IMG/VR virus record: IMGVR_UViG_3300026116_000007
Reading direction: 5' to 3' (one strand)
Length of the DNA stretch: 20,000 nucleotides
Source of the DNA: an uncultured virus (IMG/VR IMGVR_UViG_3300026116_000007)
Taxonomy: Duplodnaviria > Heunggongvirae > Uroviricota > Caudoviricetes
Positions 13,778 to 20,000 of the stretch are shown here, piece by piece. The stretch's first letter is position 1, and every line of letters starts with the position of its first letter. The position numbers and the translations under genes are program-made. The notes beneath the pieces were generated by a model, which did not search any database, was not told where the DNA came from, and worked only from the letters and a program-made list of their open reading frames with translations.

Positions 13778-14688
13778 CAAACTTTTCACCTAAAGACCTG
13801 TCCTATTTTATTCAGGACATCGAAGAGTGGGGAGCGAAGGTTGACTCAGAGAGAGGTGCCACACGAGAAGTTGAGAATGAAGTTCTCTCTATGAATAATC
13901 CTCTTGACCGCGTATGTACTGAAGAGTGGCGAAAAATGAACATTGGCTTTGCCATCACTGATGCAATTCAGCACATTGTAGGAGATGACTCACTTGCTCC
14001 CCTCACTCAGTTCGTTCCTGGCTTTTCAAAATATTCTACTAATGGTAGGACAATTGATGGAGCTTATGGCAAACGTTTTCATGCTAACGAGCAGCTCGAT
14101 AAAATCATCATGATGCTAAGGAAAGACCCAATGACAAGACGAGCTGTTCTTTCAGTCTATATGGGTCCAGTTGACCTCTGGGGTGGTGGTGGTCTGAATA
14201 CTCCATGCACCCTCAATTTTCATTTTCTTGTTCGTGATGAAAAGCTGAACATGAAGGTGATGATGAGGTCTAATGACGTAATCCTTGGTCTCACAAATGA
14301 CGTATTCACATTCACCATGCTTCATGAGTATATTTCATCTCATGTAGAAATACCAATTGGTGATTACACTCACTTTGCTTCTTCACTTCATCTCTACGAG
14401 AGTGACCTCAGTAAGTATAAACCCATTCATGGAGGTCATTGGAATAAGGTCATGCATGCGATGCCTTTCAAATGGGACCCAAAACCTCTCTATGATGCTC
14501 TCATTCATCTCAATGTTACCTTATTTGAAGATGCATGTTCCAAAACATTTTCAACACACTATGACCAAGACCTTTACTTTGCATCAGCAGTTGTCTTCTA
14601 CAGAAAACAAGACGGAGTCCGTGAGATGTGGCAATCAATTGGTGATGAGACTCTCAAACGAGTAGCTGGCTTCTGGATAGGAGAATGA
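13774..14688 (+). CDS. Thymidylate-synthase-fold dCMP-modifying enzyme (dCMP hydroxymethylase-like)
   Basis: GAYGKR, TRRA, catalytic PC (TPCT), MRSNDVILGLTND and SLHLY. Asp occupies the position of E. coli TS Asn177, as in T4 gp42. ATGA overlap at 13774. Confidence 0.85.
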   Translation: MTNFSPKDLSYFIQDIEEWGAKVDSERGATREVENEVLSMNNPLDRVCTEEWRKMNIGFAITDAIQHIVGDDSLAPLTQFVPGFSKYSTNGRTIDGAYGKRFHANEQLDKIIMMLRKDPMTRRAVLSVYMGPVDLWGGGGLNTPCTLNFHFLVRDEKLNMKVMMRSNDVILGLTNDVFTFTMLHEYISSHVEIPIGDYTHFASSLHLYESDLSKYKPIHGGHWNKVMHAMPFKWDPKPLYDALIHLNVTLFEDACSKTFSTHYDQDLYFASAVVFYRKQDGVREMWQSIGDETLKRVAGFWIGE

Positions 14689-15218
14689 AAATGAAATGGA
14701 TGATTAATCCACCTGAGCGTCCATCAACTTGGATTGCTCCAACAGCTGAGCTCCCTCCCTTCATGCAGCGAAGATTGCGAAATCCTCATAAGCGAACAAG
14801 AGAGGGAACTTTTCTTTATACCCACCCCTATATCAACTATTTAGAAAGGATGGTCCTCTGGGCTCGTAATGAGCACAACGCAGAATTTCATTATGCCGCT
14901 GACCACAACATGACCACTCTCATTCGTAGTTTGAGAAAGTTTGGTCCAGAATATATCTTGGCAATGCATGAGGATTTTGCTAGTATGGTCGAGATGATGA
15001 CCCCTGAAATGTGGGACCTACTCGACAGACGAATGAGAGACCACCTCACAGCAGCCTTTGAGGTAGCCAAGCGAATGGGAATTGTAAGACCAACTATTCC
15101 AGTTGAGAAAGCAATCAAAATGCTCCAAGAGATGGAGCCACCTAAGAGGACAAGTCGTGAGATGGTCAACTCAATCATCAATCACTTCATCCCTAAGGGT
15201 AGACAAGCAAGGAGATAA
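14685..15218 (+). CDS. Hypothetical protein within the modification/replication operon
   Basis: 177 aa; ATGA-coupled to the TS homologue; no motif recognised. Confidence 0.75.
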   Translation: MKMKWMINPPERPSTWIAPTAELPPFMQRRLRNPHKRTREGTFLYTHPYINYLERMVLWARNEHNAEFHYAADHNMTTLIRSLRKFGPEYILAMHEDFASMVEMMTPEMWDLLDRRMRDHLTAAFEVAKRMGIVRPTIPVEKAIKMLQEMEPPKRTSREMVNSIINHFIPKGRQARR

Positions 15219-15220
15219 AA

Positions 15221-18064
15221 ATGAAATTCACACATTTGCATACCCATTCGGATGCCTCGAAAGACGGTCTTCGAGAGGTGGGTCAACTTGTCAAAGCAGC
15301 CAAAGATTATGGGTTCGATGCTCTTGCACTTACGGACCATGGCAGCTTAGCCAACGCAGTATCATTTTCATTAGAGTGTGAGGCTCAGGGAATAAAACCC
15401 ATCATAGGTGTAGAAGCTTACATTGGATTTGATGGCAAAACTGGACACATCACTCTCCTTGGAAATGGCCAAAAGGGGTTGGAGAACCTCATTCGTCTCA
15501 ACAATGTTGGGCATGCCTCACGTTTCAAACAGCCGGAGTTCCCAATTGATAATCTTCTTGCTGATTGCAAGGATATAATCTGTCTTAGTGGCTGCGTAGC
15601 AAGCCCATTCAATCAACTCCCATTCTCTGAGGCAGTCGCACTCACATCAAAATTCAAGCACGCATTTGGAAACCGATTCTTTATGGAAATGATGTTTGTT
15701 GCCGATACGGATACGTGGACACGGCCAATCAAATTGGCTGAACGTGCTAACATCCCCCTTGTGGTGACAAACGACGTTCACTTCCCACTACATGAAGACT
15801 CGACCATCCATGAGTTAGTAACTCAAATGAGGTCGGGTTTTTCTTATAATTCAAAAGAGCTTTGGCTCAAAAATCCTGACCAAATTTGGAAACGCGCCAA
15901 ATCCGCAGTCAGTCTCGAGCGCTACAAATTATCATTAGCAAACACCTCGATGATTGTGAACAAAATTAAGCCAACCATCTTCGACGCAACCCCAACTCTT
16001 CCACATATCCCACATGCTCATGAAACTCTCGAGTCACTTGTAAAGAAGAGTGAGAGAACGAGTTTTGCTGGAGCAATGGGTAAATCCTACAATGAGCGTC
16101 TCTCATATGAGCTGAAGATTATCAAAGAGATGGACTATTCATCCTACTTCGTTATCCTCAACGACATTATAGAGGCAGCCAAGAAGTTAGGTGCATACAT
16201 TGGTCCAGGTCGTGGCAGTGGAGCAGGCTCTTTGGTTCTTTACTCATTGGGAATAACCGATATCAATCCCATGATTTACAACCTACCATTTGAACGATTT
16301 TTGAACCCAATGAGAAAAGGAATGCCAGATGTAGATGTTGACATCGACTCAAAACATCGTGATGAGGTTATCAAGTATGTTTCCATAAGATGGCATGGTG
16401 TCCCAATTGGAACAGTTGTTCGCTACTCTCACAAGACGGCAGTCCATGATTTGGCCAAAGCATTCAAGGTTCCTCGACCTATTGAAAATGATATTGCAGA
16501 GAAAGGACCAACATGCATCGAAATGAAACGTGTCGTAGAGGAAATTCCTCAGTTCCAGCAAGCATACGACACAATCATGGGTCAAATTAGGCACAGAGGA
16601 CGTCATGCGGCTGGGGTCGTCATCACTGACAGGGCAGTTCCAATCGAAAGAGCAGCTGGTCATGACCTCGTTGCAGCATGGACTCAAGGAAGTCACGATG
16701 AAATGTCAAAAGCAGGGATTGTCAAATATGACCTATTAGGATTAGAAGCTCTCACAATTCTACAACTCCTTGAGAAGTGGAGTCCTAAGGAGAAAATCTA
16801 CTCCAAGCTGCATGAAGACAATGACCCAGCTTTTGAACTTTTTCAAAAAGGTGATTTATCTGGTGTCTTCCAATTCTCTGGTAGTTACGGCATTCGCAAC
16901 CTAACAATGAAGTTATCCCCTACAAGATTTGAAGACCTCGTAGCTCTCAATGCATTGTATCGGCCAGGGGCACTCGATGCTGGTACAGCTGATAAGTTTG
17001 TAGAGTGGAGGCATTCACCTCGCAAGGTTCCCTCAGTGATTGAGCCAATCCTCAAATCAACTTATGGAGCAATTGTCTATCAAGAACAAGTGATGGAGCT
17101 CTATAAGGTAATGACAAATGGGACCTATGCTGAAGCAGATAATATTCGTCGTATCATCGTCAAAGCTCAAGATAAATTTGATGACCCAATTTGGCAGGCT
17201 CAGTACAAGAAAGCAAAAGAGGATTTTCTCAATGGAGCAACTAAGTTCCACAAAATTCCAATTCAGATAGCTGAAAAGATATGGAATGAAATCTCCACAC
17301 ACTCACGTTACAGTTTCAATAAGGCTCATGCTACAGCCTATGCTCAAGTAGCTTGGCAAATGGCATGGTGGAAATATTATCATCCAGTGGAATTCTACGC
17401 AGCGATGATGAGCTCTGACCGTGAGAACTTGACTCAATACATTTTCGAGGTCATCAAGCGAGGGATAAAGGTCAAAATGCCAACCATCAACATCATTGGG
17501 GATGACGACATTTTCATTGTTGATGGGGACTCAATCGTAATCCCAGCCAACGTAATCAAATATGTCACCAACGTTACTGTCATTCGTGAAGCTCTCAAGA
17601 AGGGGCCATTCAAATCCATTGAGGATTTTATGGCAAGAGTTCCAAAGAACGCAGTACGTGGTCAAGCACGAGCTTCTCTGTTGGGGATAGGTGCATTCAA
17701 AGGGATAAAGGGTTCTATTGATAATCTTGGGATATCAGGAAAGTCAAAGGAGATGCTTGATGATATACGAACCTCAAGCAACCCTGAACGTGAAGCTCAA
17801 ATCCGCCTGTTAGGGTTCATCATCCCAACAAAGAGTGAAATTGCAAATCTGGAGACAGCCTCTGAGGAAGGGATGACCACTGGGATTATTGGTTCAATGA
17901 AACAAAAGAAGTCAGCATTTGGCCCATATACAGTTTACTACCTCATTCCTAATGGACTTTTCTGGACAAGAGGTAAACTCATGTTTGAACCACAAGTTGG
18001 AGATTTCGTTGCAGCAAAAGTGAAAGCAAATTCTGGTAAAGCGACAAGCGTGAGGAAGCTATGA
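15221..18064 (+). CDS. dnaE: DNA polymerase III alpha subunit (family C)
   Basis: PHP domain HLHTHS, TDHG, NDVH; GPGRGSGAGSLV; FERFLNPMR..PDVDVD; HAAGVV; KYDLLGL; YRPG; YQEQ; YSFNKAHA. Confidence 0.97.
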   Translation: MKFTHLHTHSDASKDGLREVGQLVKAAKDYGFDALALTDHGSLANAVSFSLECEAQGIKPIIGVEAYIGFDGKTGHITLLGNGQKGLENLIRLNNVGHASRFKQPEFPIDNLLADCKDIICLSGCVASPFNQLPFSEAVALTSKFKHAFGNRFFMEMMFVADTDTWTRPIKLAERANIPLVVTNDVHFPLHEDSTIHELVTQMRSGFSYNSKELWLKNPDQIWKRAKSAVSLERYKLSLANTSMIVNKIKPTIFDATPTLPHIPHAHETLESLVKKSERTSFAGAMGKSYNERLSYELKIIKEMDYSSYFVILNDIIEAAKKLGAYIGPGRGSGAGSLVLYSLGITDINPMIYNLPFERFLNPMRKGMPDVDVDIDSKHRDEVIKYVSIRWHGVPIGTVVRYSHKTAVHDLAKAFKVPRPIENDIAEKGPTCIEMKRVVEEIPQFQQAYDTIMGQIRHRGRHAAGVVITDRAVPIERAAGHDLVAAWTQGSHDEMSKAGIVKYDLLGLEALTILQLLEKWSPKEKIYSKLHEDNDPAFELFQKGDLSGVFQFSGSYGIRNLTMKLSPTRFEDLVALNALYRPGALDAGTADKFVEWRHSPRKVPSVIEPILKSTYGAIVYQEQVMELYKVMTNGTYAEADNIRRIIVKAQDKFDDPIWQAQYKKAKEDFLNGATKFHKIPIQIAEKIWNEISTHSRYSFNKAHATAYAQVAWQMAWWKYYHPVEFYAAMMSSDRENLTQYIFEVIKRGIKVKMPTINIIGDDDIFIVDGDSIVIPANVIKYVTNVTVIREALKKGPFKSIEDFMARVPKNAVRGQARASLLGIGAFKGIKGSIDNLGISGKSKEMLDDIRTSSNPEREAQIRLLGFIIPTKSEIANLETASEEGMTTGIIGSMKQKKSAFGPYTVYYLIPNGLFWTRGKLMFEPQVGDFVAAKVKANSGKATSVRKL

Positions 18065-18228
18065 GACCAAAATTTGTAAGAGCCGCTGTATTAGTTTTGG
18101 TCCCATATCTATTTTCAATAATAATAACTGCTGCCTTTGTGAATGCACAAGCTGTAGTTTTCCTAGCAGTAGGATGGGTTTTGGGAATAGTCACTATGGG
18201 ATATCTAAAAGCTGCGAGGTTGATATGA
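18061..18228 (+). CDS. Small membrane protein, 55 aa (not in the ORF track)
   Basis: ATGA overlaps at both ends; MRPKFVRAAVLVLVPYLFSIII...GWVLGIVTMGYLKAARLI is hydrophobic. Confidence 0.7.
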   Translation: MRPKFVRAAVLVLVPYLFSIIITAAFVNAQAVVFLAVGWVLGIVTMGYLKAARLI

Positions 18229-18581
18229 ACACAAAACCTATCAGAATAAAACTACTGTTTGAACCTCGTGACCTATGGATTGGTGTATTCTGGGATGGAA
18301 CATATCTATGGCAACACTATGATAAAGATAATAATCGTTTAGAGAAATCCAAAAAGCTACATACGATTACCTTACGTATTTATATCTGTATTGTTCCAAT
18401 GCTCCCAATTTTGATAGCACTAGATATCCAGAGGCTAAAGATGATTTTCAAATATCCATGGATATGGGGTCATGATTTGAAAAGCACATACAAAAGCATT
18501 TGGCTGGGATGGTGGTTGATTACGTTTACATATGAAGGTAAACTTGACGACCTTTCAATATCATTCCAGCCAGGATTGTAG
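18225..18581 (+). CDS. Hypothetical Trp-rich protein
   Basis: ATG at 18225 after GAGGT; contains the segment EPRDLWIGVFW...IYICIVPMLPI. Confidence 0.65.
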   Translation: MNTKPIRIKLLFEPRDLWIGVFWDGTYLWQHYDKDNNRLEKSKKLHTITLRIYICIVPMLPILIALDIQRLKMIFKYPWIWGHDLKSTYKSIWLGWWLITFTYEGKLDDLSISFQPGL

Positions 18582-18587
18582 GCTAAA

Positions 18588-18686
18588 ATGAAAAAGACCC
18601 GTATCACGCTAGTATTCATCTACATTGTGTTGCTATTGATTGTGATAGCAATTCCGCTTTTATATTACTTTGGAGGAAAACCATGA
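18588..18686 (+). CDS. 32-aa single-TM peptide
   Basis: MKKTRITLVFIYIVLLLIVIAIPLLYYFGGKP; ATGA overlap with the radical SAM gene. Confidence 0.55.
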   Translation: MKKTRITLVFIYIVLLLIVIAIPLLYYFGGKP

Positions 18687-19693
18687 TTACAAAAGGTAGG
18701 CCATCCTATTCAGGGTCTGTTCAATTCGATAGACCTAGGACAATCTATTTCTATGCGACATCTCATTGCAATTCAAACTGCTCCTATTGCATCTTCAGGA
18801 AGTCGAATGGAGATTTGCTTAGGACAAATATGTCGCTAAACGTCATCGAGCAGGTTTGGCTCGAGTCAACTATTCTCAAAACATGTGGTGTAGTCGTCCA
18901 AGGGGGAGAGTTCACCATTCACCCTGAGGCTACCGGAATAATGCGGTTCTTCAGCTTGGTTGTCCCTAAGGTCACCTTACTGACGAATGCGGTTGACCCA
19001 GAGTTAGCCAAACCACTTATTCAATATGCAACACAAGTGACCATCTCTCTTGATGGTCCTCAGCATGATAAGTCAAGAGGGGTTGCTGGCAACCTTGATG
19101 GAGTATATGCTCTATTAGGTTACCTCAAGAACGTTGGCAAATCAACAACACTGCAAATAACTCTTGGTCCATGGAATGCTCGTAATCCAAAGTTGGCTAA
19201 TGATAATGTTGCATGGTTCATTGACACTTGCAGACAGTATGACGCTCAACCAAGGTTCAACATTGCATCAGATGATGGACTTCTTGGGACTGCCAACTAT
19301 GAGCAAAAGGCTGATGCTCTTCAGTCAGTTACCGACTTACTCTATGAATTTGCCACCTATAACACATTCGAAAGAATGAAAAGCTCATTGATAAGTGGAG
19401 CTCGTTATATAAACGCTGCGGTTGGCAAATCAACTGGCAAAGCTTTTATCCCTTGCTATAGTACATCAATCTATTCGACTATCAATGCGAATGGGGATGT
19501 TTGGCTGTGCCAGGGGTTGGAAGAAAAAGAAGCTGTTGTAGGAAACGTTTTGATGGACAATTTTGATACGATTTGGGAGAACTCAAGCGGAAAAAGAAAG
19601 GATTATGGAATGTGCCAGCGCTGTTCGCTCAGTTGCCAGCTAACTGGTGATTTAGCTTACTTACAAAGTAAGATTGATAGGATGGCGAACTAA
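18683..19693 (+). CDS. Radical SAM protein with a C-terminal SPASM/twitch domain
   Basis: CNSNCSYC (CxxxCxxC), GGE, LLTN, ISLDG; C-terminal PC...GDVWLC...GNV...IW...CQRCSLSC. Confidence 0.9.
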   Translation: MITKGRPSYSGSVQFDRPRTIYFYATSHCNSNCSYCIFRKSNGDLLRTNMSLNVIEQVWLESTILKTCGVVVQGGEFTIHPEATGIMRFFSLVVPKVTLLTNAVDPELAKPLIQYATQVTISLDGPQHDKSRGVAGNLDGVYALLGYLKNVGKSTTLQITLGPWNARNPKLANDNVAWFIDTCRQYDAQPRFNIASDDGLLGTANYEQKADALQSVTDLLYEFATYNTFERMKSSLISGARYINAAVGKSTGKAFIPCYSTSIYSTINANGDVWLCQGLEEKEAVVGNVLMDNFDTIWENSSGKRKDYGMCQRCSLSCQLTGDLAYLQSKIDRMAN

Positions 19694-19715
19694 ACTTTTG
19701 TTATGAGGAGTAAAG

Positions 19716-20000
19716 ATGAATAAACTAATTGTCGCATCACTCAAATCAAAGAGTGTTGACAGACTTGTAAGGTTCCCACAGGAATTGATGGATGAATTTG
19801 AGCTTCAAATCATTGGATGGGTTGCAGAATATATTTCAAAATATGACGAGACCCCATCACTTGAAAGACTCACAGAAGAATTTGAAGACTTCATCCCAAT
19901 CGATATTGACCCACCATTTGTAATTGATGACATTGCAGACCAAACACTAGAGCGGAAAAGATTATCATTTTTCATTTCTGCAATGACATCCTTGGTTGAT
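19716..20000 (+). CDS. 5' part of a gene, possibly the N-terminus of a replicative (DnaB-like) helicase; truncated
   Basis: RBS GAGGAG, ATG at 19716, open to the window end. YISKYDETPSLERLTEEF resembles phage helicase N-termini, but the motor motifs are outside the window. Confidence 0.5.
   Translation, partial: MNKLIVASLKSKSVDRLVRFPQELMDEFELQIIGWVAEYISKYDETPSLERLTEEFEDFIPIDIDPPFVIDDIADQTLERKRLSFFISAMTSLVD

Noticed and set aside
13774..14688. Annotation as ordinary thymidylate synthase (thyA)
   Set aside because: Asp rather than Asn at the specificity position, plus kinase and GT neighbours, point to a cytosine-nucleotide substrate.
4317..18686. Genome-wide TGA or TAG reassignment
   Set aside because: TGA ends many genes with ATGA overlaps (for example 10296, 10916, 12809, 13777, 14688, 18064), TAG also ends genes, and long genes are intact under code 11.

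Overview
A 20-kb segment of a probable large lytic dsDNA phage genome. All supported genes lie on the + strand, tightly packed, with strong Shine-Dalgarno sites and ATGA/TAATG overlaps. The left half carries a MoxR/CbbQ-type AAA+ ATPase with a VWA partner, many small ORFs, tRNA-Arg(UCU), a stand-alone LexA-like DNA-binding domain and a dCMP deaminase. Its intergenic spaces are rich in structured RNA: a class-II tRNA-like RNA whose anticodon loop is replaced by a 57-nt structured arm, two tandem copies of a covarying pseudoknot motif, an RNA displaying anti-SD strands, and several multi-stem elements. The right half is a replication and nucleotide operon: SSB, all-alpha dCTPase/dUTPase-like protein, family-4 UDG, UDP-galactopyranose-mutase-like flavoenzyme, dNMP kinase, T4-BGT-like glycosyltransferase, dCMP-specific thymidylate-synthase homologue, DnaE, radical SAM protein and the start of a probable helicase. 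The strongest candidate for a new system is a cytosine hypermodification pathway that appears to supply its own furanose sugar donor. The unexplained ncRNAs come second. All family calls and RNA folds were made by eye, without database searches.
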